Virus record (IMG/VR): IMGVR_UViG_3300001869_000005
Location: 33,973-97,972 of that record
DNA: 64,000 nucleotides
Origin: a virus
Lineage: Duplodnaviria > Caudoviricetes
Direction: 5' to 3' (one strand)
In this document: in pieces, positions 20,501-35,689 of the stretch
Position numbering within the stretch: position 1 is the stretch's first letter
Layout: each line of letters opens with the position of its first letter
The notes under the pieces: generated by a model
The model's database searches: none
What the model saw: only the letters and a program-made list of their open reading frames with translations
What the model was told of the DNA's origin: nothing
Made by a program: the position numbers and the translations under genes

Positions 20501-21552
20501 AGTATGTCTTGAGCAAATTCACCAACTTCTTGGTTAACCTACTCTATCGCTTTCTGTAAATCCTATTCTAAACCCTTCTTAGTTAATCCATTAAAGAATT
20601 GTTTAATTGCATCAAAAAACCTAGTCAATAAATTCTTATAAGGCACATTAGGAATCGACTCATTTTTAAGCCAATATTTAGATACTAACTATCCAAGTGC
20701 TTCTTTAGCTAACAAAAGACCGTCTCCTTTATACTATGCCTCATACGCACCATATGATTCACCCAGGATTTCCTAAACTACTCCTTCCTATCCAATAAGA
20801 TTTAAAAGTCTACTTACTATAGGATGATTCTATCCAAGTAATTCAATTATAGCATGCGCAAATTCTTCAGGAACTGCCTTTTCACCCCTATCATCTCTAC
20901 TTATTCTAATAACCTCTAGGAGCCCATCTACGGTCTTTTTAGCTGTTAAAGTATCCATAACACCATTAATACCCATCTATTCTTCTACTTCATTTAAAAA
21001 GCCATCTGAGATACCATAAGACTTGCCTAACTCTCTTAATCTTTTGTTTAAAGCTATATTAACATCCTATTCTTTTTCTAAATTCTATTGAGAATATAAA
21101 ATAGTAGCGTATGGATCATCTCTGCCTTCTACTATTTTTATATGACGTTTTCCATTAGCTGCTCTATTAGACTACATGTGGTAAGATAGAGATAAAGGAT
21201 TACTTGGGCTGTTAAACTTTTTTACAATTTCCCTAGCCATTTCCATAGTATAATTCTTTACCGCACCGTTTGAATTATATCTACCTTCCTAATGGTCTAG
21301 TTCATCTATATAAGATTCCTATGATTGTAACCCCATTAATACTTTAACTGGGCCAATTATAAATTCACCATTCTCATCAACCGGTAATACCTATTTATAT
21401 TCATCTATCTTTTCTGGATCAGTTAAACCTTTATATATTTGTGTCGCATTCTAATAGGTGGTAGATTGGAGCAAACCTCTATTTAGTTTGCTCTCAATCA
21501 CATTACCATTCCTATCAGTAATCGGCATCACTGTTATACACGAATTTGCCAT
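17521..21552 (-). CDS. giant virion cargo/ejection protein with zincin-like motif (code 15, ~1343 aa)
   Basis: fragments 18175, 18934, 19528 share one frame and end at TAG; start MANSCIT, stop TAA; PEEFAH at ~20854-20871. Confidence 0.8.
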
Positions 21553-21557
21553 ATTAA

Positions 21558-24500
21558 TTATTTAGTTTTACAAAATACTTGTCCATTCTCATCAGTAGGT
21601 TCATAAGTACTCTACATAATCTCTCTCTACATTTGTTTAAATTTTTCAGTAAAATTACCCTATTTATGTTCTACTACAGGAGGAGGAGTTTCATTTTCAA
21701 ATCCTTCCATAGGCATAGATTCTGGGCCTTCAACATCCTCATCTTCATATCCCTTGTATTTAGCATCAATTTGAGAAGTCATATCTTCCATATTTAATCC
21801 ATTTTGATACTCTAAGAACTTATTAGGTATTCCTATAGGATTATCTATAAGAGTGTATTGAGTTATATAGTAATCTCCTCCATCATCATTAACTAATTCG
21901 CTTGTTCCAATTACAGTATAATAGTATTCTACTCCATTTAATTTTTTCATAATTATCGGGAAATTAACCCCATCCCTAACCATTAATTGTCCATTGGTTT
22001 TTCCATCTGCAGAAGTACGAACATCAATAGTTTCATTTAGACTTTTTCCAACCAGAAATACAGAATCATTAATTTCATTCACTTCCGGTACAAACTTTCT
22101 CACATTTCTATGATTCATTAAGTATTGGTCTATAAACCCTCTATAAGCATCTTCTTTAGTAAACATCAAGTTCAATTTAATTAGCGTTCGTCTATATCCT
22201 GGAATTACTAATCTAATATTTACAGGGGCTAAATGAATAAAACTAGTTGGCCCAAATGCCAATCCATTTCTAAAGTAACTATATGCAAATAAATCCTTAG
22301 CTAATTTAGCACCTTCTTCACCCATAGAAAGTAACGAATCCCAATCTCTTGTTACAGTGTCTTTCTAATTAGGAGAAAGTGAGCCAACATTGTTAAAGGT
22401 AATTATTTTTTTATCTTTATCATCATTGATTACTGTTAAGCCTTTAATAAATGCTAATTCACCAAGTTCTTTATTGGATTTTTTTATCTTTTCAAATTCA
22501 TCTGGAAATTTATTAATGTAGTAATTCCTCTTCTATTCAGCTTCTTTAGCAGTTTTGCCACCAAAGAATTCTAACTCAGAAGTAATGTATACAAATAGAT
22601 CTGCATAAATCTATTTAACCTATTTAGCAGTTAAACTCCCTTTAGAGAATTCAGATCGTTTGGTTAAATTTTTAATCTAACTAACTACATATCTAAAAGA
22701 TTCTTGTGTGTATGGATAATATTGACTCAAAAGTAATTCTGCAGTTTCTAATCCAAGTGTATAATTAGCCTAAACTATTGGTAAAGGGCTACTATTAATT
22801 TTTTCTCTTAATTGATTAATATTTTCTTTTTTAGTAAAACTCTTATCTTTTAATATATTAGTTTTGATCAAATCTGCACTCTCAAGAGGAAAATTCTTAC
22901 TCTTACTTTCTATCATCAATTCTTTAACATCGTCAATCTTTAAATCTGTATCTGCTTGATGAGGCCCTGTAGATCCTCCAGTAGTATCACTACGCATAGA
23001 TGAAACTATACGTGAAAGTATCTACGACGGTTCATTTAAAGCCTTAAACGCATTAGCAATCTTTAATTGGAATACATAATACTATCTATGTTCAGTTGGA
23101 GTTAATTCTTTCCCTTTTGCTATGGCATTAGCATAAACAATTGCTGTAGCCATATCACTTTGAGATAATTCAGAATTCTTATAATCTTGTTCTTCTTTTG
23201 AATATTTAGTTTCACCAAAGAACTATTCAATTGTCTTTTTAACAGAATCTCTTTTACTTACTCCACTATCACTTAATAATTCATAATTGTCACTCATTTC
23301 AACCACAATAGGCTAAGACAAAAACAAACCAATTGTTCCATGAGTGTGGCCCTATCTAGCTAAAAACATTGCTAGATCTGCAGTAAACCCATTTAAATTT
23401 AAGTCACTCAATACAGGGTCTTTTACAGCATCTACAGAGGCTGCTACATACTCAGATGTGTTTCTACTAATATATTGTTTATGTTCATTTAGTATATCAT
23501 GCAGACTCAAATACTCCTTATTACCTAACTTAACACCAAATCCTTTTTTAATTGTTAGTTCGGTTCCCTGTATAACAGAATGATTTGCATTGTGATTTGC
23601 AAAAACACCAATTAGTGCTCCAGCAGTATGATTAGCTTTGTGGAAATTTGTCTAAGTAGAAGGACTAAGAGGATCTAATTGCTGTTTATACTTTTCAGAT
23701 CTTTCATCTAATTCCTTTAAACTTAAACTATTCAAGTACTTGGGAACATTTCCTTTAGATTCTACTAGTAGATTTCTATATTCTGCAAGAGAAATTCCCT
23801 TTAATACATTGATAACTCTAGCAGATTTCTTTAATCCATCAAAACCACCAGGATTAATCATATTTAATACAGTGTCAGCATTTGTAAGAATTCCCCACAT
23901 AGTATCAATGATTTCATTATTTCTGGCTTTTAATGTATTCTAATCAACTGATTTATTTACATCATATTTAACCTTTTCAATTATTTCTCCCAGAAGATAA
24001 TCTTTTTTGTTTTCTTGCCAAGTATTATAAATGTTACGTTCAGTACTATCTTCTGCATATACTTTACTACCATTTTCATCAACAACTTCTATATCCTTAA
24101 TATATGTGATTCCCTTAATTGTTTTAAACTATTCAGAGTTTACACTAGAATCTCCACCTAACTATTCTATTAACTCCTTAATAAATCCATTTCTATCATA
24201 TTTATTCCTGGTAGAAAATTCAGGAAGCATTATATATAATTTATCCACGTCAAAGTCAAGACCAGCTATTGTGGTAATTTCCTTAGGGAACATAATTGTA
24301 CTACCAGACTATTGTGGTAAAAAACCTTTAATATATAAAGGAAATATTGAATATTTATTCTCAGTTGGAATTCTATAACCAATTAATTTCCTTAATTCTT
24401 CTGGTAATACCTTCATAGGATCACCATTTTTATCCTTTAAATTTTTATGTACTGCATCTATATCTAGTTCACCTGTTTTTGGATCCATAAATTCCTTAAA

Positions 24501-27500
24501 ATACTTAGAAGAATACCAAGGCATATAGGTTTCAATGTATTCAATGTGTTTTTCATTTTTGTCATTAGTCCCCCATTTGATATTTAAATCATCTTGTACT
24601 CCAAATGATGTTACATGTACAAGAGAACCACCTTTAGTCTTCTATTTAGTAATCTCATTCTTAATTCCTGAATGCAATAGACTCTAAGTACGGTCTGAAT
24701 GAATCTAATCACTGTATGGAAGTGTAGGAAATCCATCTTCTGCAATTTCAAGAGCTTTAGCCATTTCTGGATTATATCTTTTATTGCCATTAACTTCCTT
24801 TTTTAATGTATTGTTGACGGCTTCTTTATCTCCCAATTCATCAACAGTCTTATAAAAAGAAGTTATTAGATTCTCAATATTTAGATCGTCAAAGTGTTTA
24901 CTAATCTCCGCTTTATTATATTTCTTTCCATTAACAATATAGTCAATCCCTTCTTTTAAATCACCTTTAATAAGTTTTTTAGCCTAAGTACCAATCCCCT
25001 AATTGGTATCCATGTAGTGACTAGGCACAGGTTGTACAAGAGCATAATCCTCGTAAGAAAGACTATGTACTACCTAAGGATTGTATCGTCCTACATTAGA
25101 GCTTATAGACTCCTGTAGGTATCCTTTAATTGCTTCTTTAGTAGTAAATTTATGCACATCTAACGCACCCTATCCTCCGACTTTTACAGCACTGGAAAAC
25201 TATACTACATCAATCTGATTCTCTTCCATAAATTCTTCAATAGCCGAAAGCTAAGGAGACTTTCTTAATATATTAGAAAAGATTAATAGGAATTCTGCAT
25301 TCTTATTTTGTATAGGAGTTTTAAGTGAATAATCCTAAGTAATCTTCCTTTTTTCATCTTTAACTAGTCCAGGATTAGCGATCTACGTATACATAAAAGG
25401 TTTTTTGGGTTGCCAAATTACATTGAAATCTTCAACATCAAATTTAACATCCTCACCTTTTTGCATCTTTTTAAGTTTATCAAAAACTCTCTGCATTTCA
25501 TCAGTCCACTAGCCAGACATATCCATAATTGCTCTATAGGAAGAAAGAGTTCTATATGCTTGAGCATCAGTTACTTCTACATTGTTATTACTATATTTAT
25601 CTAATATAAAATCTCTATCTTTTGCGGTAAGCATTTCTTTTTTGACAAATCCATTCAAAGCTTCTTTAATATCTTCTAAAGTATTTGAAACGGATTTAAA
25701 ATCCTTTAGAAATACTGTATTTTCAATATCTCTACCATATTCCGAAGTAGTGTCTAATCTTAATCCTGGAGTATGAATTTGTTTCATACGTTTCTATATA
25801 TCTCCCAGATTCTTGTAATAAGCTAAATCAGTAGTAGTGATCTACAACATCTATGATTGAGCATACCGTTGATTCCAGAAGTAATTTTTCAACTCCTTTT
25901 CAGCATTTTCTATACTACTAAGATTCTATAGATGTTTAAGAGTCTTTCCATCATCAGTCATTTTGAACAAACCGATCTTTCTATATCTTATTTTTTCCTG
26001 TTCATACAATGCATCTGTTTCATCCTTGATAATTTGTTTCAATTCTGTCCTGAATTCTTCCATAGTTTCAGGCATATCCTCATTTAATTTTTTATCAAAT
26101 AAAGGCATATAGTTGTTTAGGAATGGAAGAAATTGAAATTCTAAACCCCTTTTTTCAAAATTATCAATAGGGGCCATTAACCCCTTAGCAATTTGTTCTT
26201 GTCTATTTCTAACTATCTTAATTCTATCATATTCCTACATAGCTAAATCATAGAATCCATTTAAAAGAGTATTTTCCCAATCACCGCTAGTATCAGTTGT
26301 ATATTTATGAAACTTTACAAACTCTGCAGAAGGGGCATCAGCTAAAATAAATACTGGATACCACGCTACTTTATTATTAACATCTGAATAGTACTCATTA
26401 ATCATCATCATTGTGTGATCTAATGGGCTCAATTTAGAGTACTCCTTTTTATTGTAATTTAAATTAGTTTTATGTTGAATTAATTCTCTTGATTTAGGAT
26501 CTGTAACCAAATCTCTAATCCATGAGTTCCTATATTTTCCATTTGAATAAAACCAATTATACTATTTGTATTCCTTTTCAAAAAATGCCTATAACTCTTC
26601 CTCTGAATATTCCGTTCCCTTTAACTTATTCATTAAGTCTGCCATATATGAAGGAGCCGTATATGAGTAATAACTCTTCTAGTTCGCATATACAGAACTT
26701 TTCATCAATTGGGTTAAAGACCTTGATAAGATCTCTGCAATACTTTTATAATCACTTTTAAAGGTATTGGCAAAGTCTAAATGTACTGCCTTACTGTCAT
26801 TTAATTTAGTGGTAATTCTAGTAAGATTGTCCAATAATTTAACAAACATGTGATTAATATTCACAGTCATACCTTTTACATTGGGCACTTCTGGAATATA
26901 ATTTAATGCTTCTAAAAGACTGGTTACATCTGTATCTACTCCTACTGTAGCCAATACATCTCTTATCCTACCAATATTATCATTTACATATGCAGTAATC
27001 TCTTCAATGGGTTTACCTTTAATAGATTTAACCATCTCATCAATAGTAGCTCTAACTACTTCAAGATTATCCCGGTCAATATTACCAGCATCATCATATA
27101 ATGAATTAAAGGATAATAGAGTTTTACTTTCCATAGTAGCTCTCCATTCGTCCATAAGGTATCTAACTCCATCTGGTTTATTCAATTCTTTGGTCATATA
27201 TGTGTAAGATCCATCAGCCATTTTCTTTCGTATCTAAATCCAATAGGACATAAATACTTTTCTAAAATCCTGATAGAACACACTATGTAATTTCTAATCT
27301 TTCATTAAAGCACTTACAATACTATTAACCCAAGGTTTAGTATTAGCTAATCGTCTAAGTATAGGTAACATCTATCTGGAATTAGTCATACCACTCAATT
27401 GTTCAATTAGTATTCCATGAACTACTTCACTATCTAAATATACTGGCATATCTAAATCATCTAATGTTTCCGCTTTTTTAAAGTCTAATTTAGGAATTTG

Positions 27501-28502
27501 CATAAGTATCTTCCGAGTCTATTGACTTAATGCTTGTGTAGGATCAATGTGTTTATGTTTAATCATCCATCCATCCTTCACAGGATCATCGTCATTATCC
27601 TATATAACTCCTTCACCATCCTATAAGAGTGATTCAGGGATTTCTTCAGTCTCTAATCCTTTAAATATAGTTAGTTCATTATTAATAAACTTAACATCAA
27701 CTTTTTCATAATCCGCAAGTAATCTAGGAGTTTCTCTAGTAAGCAATTCAAAATTCTCAACCACTTTTTTAAATTCGCTCATCTAATAATCTGTAAATAT
27801 AACACTATTTGTGCTCTATTTGAGAAAGTAGTTCTTTACAAACTTATATATGTTTTCAACTCCATATTCATTGATAATTTCTTCTCGTGTAGAATTAGGT
27901 CTTAGTTTTGCTTGAATACCACTCACGTGTCTTATAAATTCTCTAGCAACTAGATTAACTCTATCAATTCGCATTTGTGGTCTATATACTTTATCTAATG
28001 CATTTGAAATGGTGATTTCTTTTATTTTAAAAATATCTTTGGCTGTCTATTCAATTTCTTTAACTTCATCTGTGTTTTCTATAGGAGTTTCAGTAGGAGT
28101 GGGTTGGATAGATTCAACAAGGGTAAATTCAATATCTTCATCTGGATTATTTTTAACTATATATATACCAGCACCTTGGCCCTAATAATTCTAAATAAAG
28201 ATCCTATCTCCTGTTTTAAGTCCATATTCATCCAGATCTAAAGCAGCATCTTGGTCTGTTGTAAAAGTAGGATAATTAGTTTCAATATTATTAGCAATCC
28301 CCAAATAATCCTTGAATTCTTCTTCTGTTGGATACGGTAATTCTTTTATTTTATTACTCAGATAGTCCGCTACAATCTATTTATCTAATGTTTTCTCTAG
28401 GTATGTACCTACATTATTAGCAGCAACAACAGGATCTAGTCCTGTTGCTTTTGCTAATTTTATAATTCTTTCATCTGGGATGAAACAAAATACTTTACTC
28501 AT
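21558..28502 (-). CDS. virion-packaged RNA polymerase (code 15, ~2314 aa)
   Basis: eight in-frame fragments joined across TAG; IGYRIPTE and AGLDFDVDKLY (24243-24257), the crAss RNAP catalytic DxDxD. Confidence 0.9.
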
Positions 28503-28508
28503 ATTTTA

Positions 28509-31500
28509 TTATTTTACACAGTTAATTGCATGTTCTTTTTGTTCTTGAGTTAAAGCGTCAAATGATTCGGGAGTAAACCCTTCTTTCATAAGAGGACCTT
28601 TTAAAAAACTTTCAAGATTTGCAAAGTTAGGTATTTTTTCTGACATTTCCTAATTTTTTGGAACATTTGTTTTACTATTTTTGAAATCAGTTGCTTTTTC
28701 ACCAAAACTACCCATTAAACTTGGATCTAAATCCAATTCAAAGTCGAGAAGAGGAGAAGAAGAAGTACTTTTAGAGGTTAATTCATCAATTTTTTCAACA
28801 GGAACATTCTGTTTATGAACATCTCCGTTTGTTTTATAGGCTAATGTGTTCACATTCAATATAGACCCATCTTGAACTTTCCACTCCTGTTCATTAATTT
28901 TATGATCTTGTATGAATGTGGGGCCAAATTTACCAGCAACACCATCTCTAATATAAGCTAAATCTACAATGGGTTTAATTTTAACCGCAGACATGATTAA
29001 ATTATTATCTTCGTCAACAACAAACCCATTATCTACAAAATATTTATCTCCTTTATAAGTTACTTCAGTTCCTTTAATCACACTCTCAGATTCAACTACT
29101 GGCTTGGGTTTTAAAGGAGTTGGTTTCTTATACAAAGTCTTATTAGTATCCAAACTAGGGGCTACAAAATCAATAGGAGTCCCTGATGGAGTTTTAGCCT
29201 ATAGATAGAACCACACACCCTTTACACCTGATTTGACCATAGCAGTCTTTAAAATGTTACTATCATAGATCTTCTCATTGTATCCAGGAGAATTAATCTA
29301 ACTTGCATCTACGTTGAATAGAATGTTATTCTTATACAAGGATTCATAAATCTAATCTTTGATAGAGTCAACATCATTTCTAACTAACTTCTTTGCAGGA
29401 TAGACCTTATTTGGGTTTTTATCTTGTTTAGTTAAATAAATCCTATCTGCTTTCTATAATTCTCTATATACACCATCTTCCCCTAAATCTTCCCGTCTAA
29501 TAATAAGGGTAGTTTTATCTTCACTTAAACCAATATGAATTGCCTATTTATTTTGACTAATACTCTAGCCATTCTCATCCTTTTTACTTTCGCCTAAGAA
29601 TAATGCTTTAGATAATTCATTGTATCCTTCAGTAGCATCTTCAGGTTGACGAGTATTTGCCAATATATCAACCGCTTTTTCAATCTATTGAAACATTGGG
29701 TTAGCCTATGTTGTTACATCTGCTCTGTTGAACTCCTCTTTATTAAAAGTTTTAATGGTTAAAGGAACAGACGCATAATTACCATCACCCATCAATTCGT
29801 GCATATAAACCATTCCTGGTTTTGTTGGAGGAATTATCTTATTTATACTAACATGTGGATGGTTAAAATAAAAGCTTAATCCCTTAGATGCAATAGAGAA
29901 TACTAATTTAGTTTTATCTACACCCTTTTTAGGATCATTTAAATCTGTATCATTACCTCTATCCTATTCAACATATCCACCATTGACCTAACCAACTACA
30001 CCTGTCTCAGTAATTTTACCTGTTTCAGCATATTCTTTTTCTATCCTGTCTCTAAGTTCTCTTAGACCCATAAATTCATCAACTCTTTTACCACCATGAA
30101 TGTTCCCAATAACTTGATTATCAGGCCCATGAGTAATAAATATGGCGTCTTTAAAAGGAGTTGCTTTACTTCTAAATTCAGGGTCTATCATATATCTCAC
30201 AGTATCCCCTTCTTTTACATTTCCAGCATTTAAGTAATCCCAAGTACCATGTTCCGTAAAGTAATCATATATAGGGCCTTGATGAGGAAATACTTCTTTC
30301 TATTTGATAAACTTACCCTTAGTTTTTTCATTAACTTCAAATTCGGGTACTTCATTATATAGATATTGTTTCTACTTGCCACTATTGGGTATATTAGGTT
30401 CAGAATTCTATTCTACAGGAGTTTTAGATTCTTCTTTAACAGTTGCACTAATAGAACCCGTGTTTGTCTATTGAGTTACTGGAGTTACATCTTTTCCTGG
30501 AGTTTCTATAACCTCTTCTGGAGTAGTTTCAGTGGGAATTAATCCTTCATTAGTTATTTTACCTACAGGAATTAAATCTTTATCTAACTATTCTGAATAA
30601 TCTTTCTAAACACGCGGCATCAGCTCTTTAAAAAGAGCCATAGCAGCAGTTGTTTCATCTGGCTTTAACATATTACCGGTAGATTTAAGAATAGTACCTT
30701 CAAACAATTCTCTAAATTTCTATTCCTAATCGGGACTAGTTATTTTAAATAAATCTTCTGGGGCATTAAGTTCTGGCATTAAACTTGTAATAGCCAATTT
30801 AACTCCTTCTTTAACCTCTTTTGATACCGGTGATTTCTCTACTTTACCCTAAAAATTAATAATGTTTGAACTTAAATTCTTATGCTATTTAGCAAAAGTA
30901 TTCCCAGCAACAACCATTTGATTGTTGAAATCTCTAGCATCGGCTTCTTTTTCAAAATTAGTATTTAAAAAATCTTTATACTCTTCATATGTAGTGAATT
31001 TATCGGCTATATCCTTTTTATCTTTTATTTCAGCATTATCAACTTTAACCTATTCTTTTTTAGATTCAGCAACTACTTTCTACTAATCCTATTTTAATCT
31101 TTCAGGATTTTGAATGTATCCATTATATCTCTCTAGGAATGAAACTCTAGCAGCTGATAATCTTTGGAGATCATTTATTTGACTAATTATTTCATCACTA
31201 TTTTTAAGTATAGACTCATTCTTTTTAACTTCTTGTTTAAGTCGTTCTAATTTACCCAATACTTGCGGTAAACCCCTTTTATCTTCTTTATTATCTAATT
31301 GAACTTCTTGATTAATAACCCTTCCTGTAGCAGTTTTGAGTTTATCTAATTGTTTACTTCGTGTTTTATCTATCTATTTAGCTAACTTAGAACCTTCATC
31401 CTACAAAGCAGCCAACAGATCTCCTGGAGATTGATTTAAAACCTCATCAATAGGAGATTCTACTTCATCTGCGTCAATATATACTCCACCATTTAATTGT

Positions 31501-33656
31501 TTAACAATGGGATTTAAATTAGTCCGCAAATCTTCATGAACTTGGTGAAATCTCTTTTCCCAATTGTCTACTTTACTAATCATCCAAACTAGTTCAGATA
31601 AATCATCTCCTTTAAATGTATCTCCAGACTTAATTGCTAAATTGTCAGCAATCTGTCTATAGTTATCTACAGTTGTTTTATCAGTCTCTGCTTGCTGTTT
31701 AAAATATTCTCTTAATTCCTTGTCAGTTTTATTTTGATAAGGCAATTCTTTTTTTGTATCAGACAATAAATCCTATCTAATCCCAGCAATATCTTCATCA
31801 CTAAGATTCTTCATACCATCTATGTGGTCATACAAATCTTGTATTCTACCACTTTTGTCAAATAAGATGGCATCACTAATAAGTTCAGAATGTTCTGCAT
31901 TCTTAAATTCAAATTCGTCTTTATTGTCTAATGCAGTTTCTTTATCTGCTTCAAAACTAATTCGTCTATTATTTGCTTTATAGTATTCCTGGAATTTAGG
32001 ATCTTGTAGTCTTTCATTTAACGCTGTAGCAAGCTATTGATCTTCTTGATACTTTTCATTTAATTCTCTTACTTCACCAATAGATCCATTCCATACAATA
32101 GGATGAGTTGCTTTACCATTCTTGTCAATACTTACTGATCCGCCTCTCATAGGAATACCTATCATCCCCATAAAACCACCAACAAAGCCATCTTGCCAAC
32201 CAGCCATAGTACCATACTCTTGTTTAGCACCTTGACCAATTGCATTTAACCAACTAATAGATTCTTTATTGGCATTTGGGTCAATCTAATGACCCATAAA
32301 ACTATTTAATTCTGCACCATAGTATTGTTGAAGAGTATTAGATATAGTCGATTGACCCATTTCTTCATAAACACCCTCAGTTAAAATAGGTTTAGTAACT
32401 GCCCATGCTTTTTTAAGTATGGAGGGCTTCACCACTTTAACTGATTTAGTTAATCCATTTTCTACAACATCATCAATTATATTTTTAGTTCTACTAGCAT
32501 TTTTAAATCCACCAGCATAACTTCTACCAAACTAAATATAATCAGATATGGTTAGTAAGGGTAAGTTAGTAAGAAAATCTCTATTGCCGTATTTAACCCT
32601 CTATTCTTCTATCTTGGCTAAACCATCTTCGTATCTTTGTTCAATACGTTGATTTAAAGTATTCTAACCCTCTTGAGTTAAATTACCATTTTTATCAAAT
32701 GCTTCTGGAGATTCATCAGTAAGTTTTTTAAATTCATCTTCCTCTAATTGAGGGATTGCTTGGTTTAACTATTGAGTTAATCCTTCAGCAAACTATGTTG
32801 AATTATTTACAGCCTCTAATCTGGCTTCACCTAAAGCTCCTGCAGTAGCACCAATTATTTTTAATTTCTAATTAGCGCTCCTTAATGTTTTAGCTGCTTT
32901 AAATGCATCTTCTGCAATTGCAGCACCATCTATAGTTGCATCACCAGTAGCAACCATTTTAAGTTTTTCAGCTAAATTAGCGGCTTTTTTACCATCTTGT
33001 GCAATTACAGAATAACCTTCATACAATTTCCTAGCCTCACCAAGTTTCATAAGCCCTTCAGCAGCTCCTGCTACGACCTTACCACTTAAAGCAGCACCAA
33101 CCATAAACCCAGTATTCTTTAATAGGGTATCACCAATAAAATTAGCAGTAAATATATTTTTATACCATTCACCATTTTCATTGTTTTTAGTTTCTTCCTA
33201 TGTATAATAATTGGGTAATAACTTTTCAAGATTATTATTCCATGCATTAAACCCCTGAGTTACGGGATTATCCCATAATCCAGAAAACTTACCTGTACTG
33301 GCAGCAGTTGCTATTCCAGCAATAGTTCCTAAAAAAGTATCTGCAAAAGTAGTAGCAGCAAGTGAGGTGCCTTTAATAACTCCTGCCCCTATTTTGTCAT
33401 ACCAAGGCTATTGTTCTGCTCTTAAATAATCAACATTTTCATCTATAACTCTTGAGGGAGTTATATTTTCATCATATTTAGAATTTTCTTGGACATACTA
33501 ACCCAAATTAGTTTCTTCTGGAGCGCCTAATAAAGAATTATGCGTTCCTAAATTAATATGATTACTTGTTTGAGCAAGAGTATACATTTTATCGGCTAAA
33601 CTTGGGGTCATATTTATAGACCCCTCGCCTGCCTTTAATCCTTTTAATCCTTTCAT
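28509..33656 (-). CDS. giant virion cargo/ejection protein (code 15, ~1715 aa)
   Basis: fragments 28650, 29988, 31401, 32868 in one frame; start MKGLKGLK, stop TAA; syntenic with crAss cargo genes. Confidence 0.8.
28622..28653 (-). promoter_or_regulatory. possible Bacteroidota sigma-A promoter upstream of RNAP gene
   Basis: TTAG-N20-TAACTTTG; lies inside coding sequence. Confidence 0.35.
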
Positions 33657-33678
33657 ATAATATTATTTATATTATTAA

Positions 33679-35688
33679 TCATTCAGTTCCTTTCTTTTTT
33701 GGTACCCCCTAAAATAAAGAAGATGTTTCAGATAATAATTGTGTAGATAAATTATTTAGACTTGTTCCTCTGACTCTCCCAGCTTGTGTGGTCTCATCAT
33801 CTAAGGAACTTGTATATGTTCTGACCTAACTTGGGTCACTCATATCATATACAATCTTAGCATAATCAAATGAACCATCGGGATTAACTTCTTTAACCAC
33901 GACACCATAAGAATAATTATCAATTCTTGTACCATACTTCTTTATATTTTCTGGATCAGATATGGCTTTTTCAAAATCTTTATTAGTTACCTATAAGACC
34001 TTTTTAGAATCAATATCTTTTGATTCATAACCACTTAAATACTTGCTTACTGAACTAATATGGTTACTGACTTTTCTGATAGGTGTTATACCTGTTGCAG
34101 TATATCTATCTTCTCCATTGGTTAAGACTAAACCTTTATCTCTATTCATACCTATTACAGTATTGTACTAACCATCTGAATTTTTATTAAATAATTTATC
34201 GGCTTGTTTTCGGCTTAACTCTGAACCTTCTGGTTCTCCTTGGGAATTTAATTTATAGATTCCAGTTTTATCACCAAGTTGTTTAGAGAAATTACTTATA
34301 CCTTCTAATACAGATTGATCTCCTCCTTGTAAGTTTAGAGGTATAACCACAGCAGTCTCTAATGATTTGGCTTTTTCCAAAGCATATCCTTGGTTAACTG
34401 TATTTTCAAAATCTCCACCAAGATGTTTATATTTATTGTAAATGCTTGTTATCTACGAAGCGTCTGAATCTCGCTATTTAACTAGATCCTATCTTTCTTT
34501 TTTCATTGCTGTTAAAGCCGTCTATAAATAATTTGCAGGATTTCTATTACCTTGTTCACCAGTATTAGCCTTTTTAATTCTTTCTTCCATATTTTTAATG
34601 TTATTGTCTACATTTTGAACAGATTTATTTATCTTTAAAATACTATCATTGATAAACCCTTTGTCTGTTTTTTTAAATCCCTACATTGGCTTTTCTAATG
34701 CGTTAACAACATCCTAATTATTATTTTTCCAACCCGTGTCTACACCGGAATAATTTTGAGTGTTTTTATTCCCACCCGCACCTTCTGCCTTTATTCTAGC
34801 AATAGCTAATTGTTCTTTATCTTTACCTTGTTGCCACTTAAATTGTTCAACTCTCTAATTATAATCTCTATTGGATTCTGCAGATATGAAATTACCATTA
34901 TGTTGTATCTCATTCTTAGTGTCACCAATTCCCGCATATAATCCTTGAATTATATCACTTCTCTGTTGATTCTTATCCACATTACCCCATTTATTTGAAG
35001 GCAACGCTTCCATTGCTTGATTAATTAATGCTTCTACTCTCGCAGATGATTTACCATTTGCTGCGTCTATAAGTTCCTATTGAGTTAATCCTGTAGAAGT
35101 CTTACGTTCAATTAATTGACCTCCCGCTGTAGTTTCCCACTTGCTTTTATTATTTTCCTGTTTAGCAAGAGTCTAAGCCATTTTAGCAGAATTAGCAATA
35201 CGGCTTGCTTGAGTTTCATATTGTGGAGTAATGTTAGGATTCTTTATAATTTCATCTAAAGAGATGTTCTATAAATCCGGTCTATCTGAATATAATGCAG
35301 AACCAGACATCATTGCCTATTGTCTTAACTTTGTATCCTAATCAATTAATTGTTTCCTCTAAGCATAAGCCTATTCAATAGGTACAATTTCCTTACCATA
35401 TCTCTATTTAAGCTATAATAACTATTGTCTATTAGTAGCATTCAAACCATTTTTCCCTAAAGAATTAGCCTGTGCCTATACATCATTAGCATATTTTTCA
35501 TATGCCGCATGAGTTAGTGGATCAGTACTTTGATTAGTCAATCCTTCCCAAATACTTGATTTATTAGATAAATCCTCTAAACCTGCTTCCTATTCCTTAT
35601 AGGCTTGACCATACATCATATAAGGTCTTATAAGTTCTTCAAATGAATATGGTTTAAATTTAGCCCCTATTGTTAGATAATTTCCCAT
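33679..35688 (-). CDS. virion cargo protein (crAss001 gp46-like, code 15, ~669 aa)
   Basis: start MGNYLTIGAKFKPYSFEELIRP, in frame with fragment 34168, ends TGA. Confidence 0.75.
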
Positions 35689-35689
35689 A

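Noticed and set aside
33679-33681. Possible TGA reassignment as well
   Set aside because: TGA ends this gene and many + arm genes with ATGA coupling, so it remains a stop.
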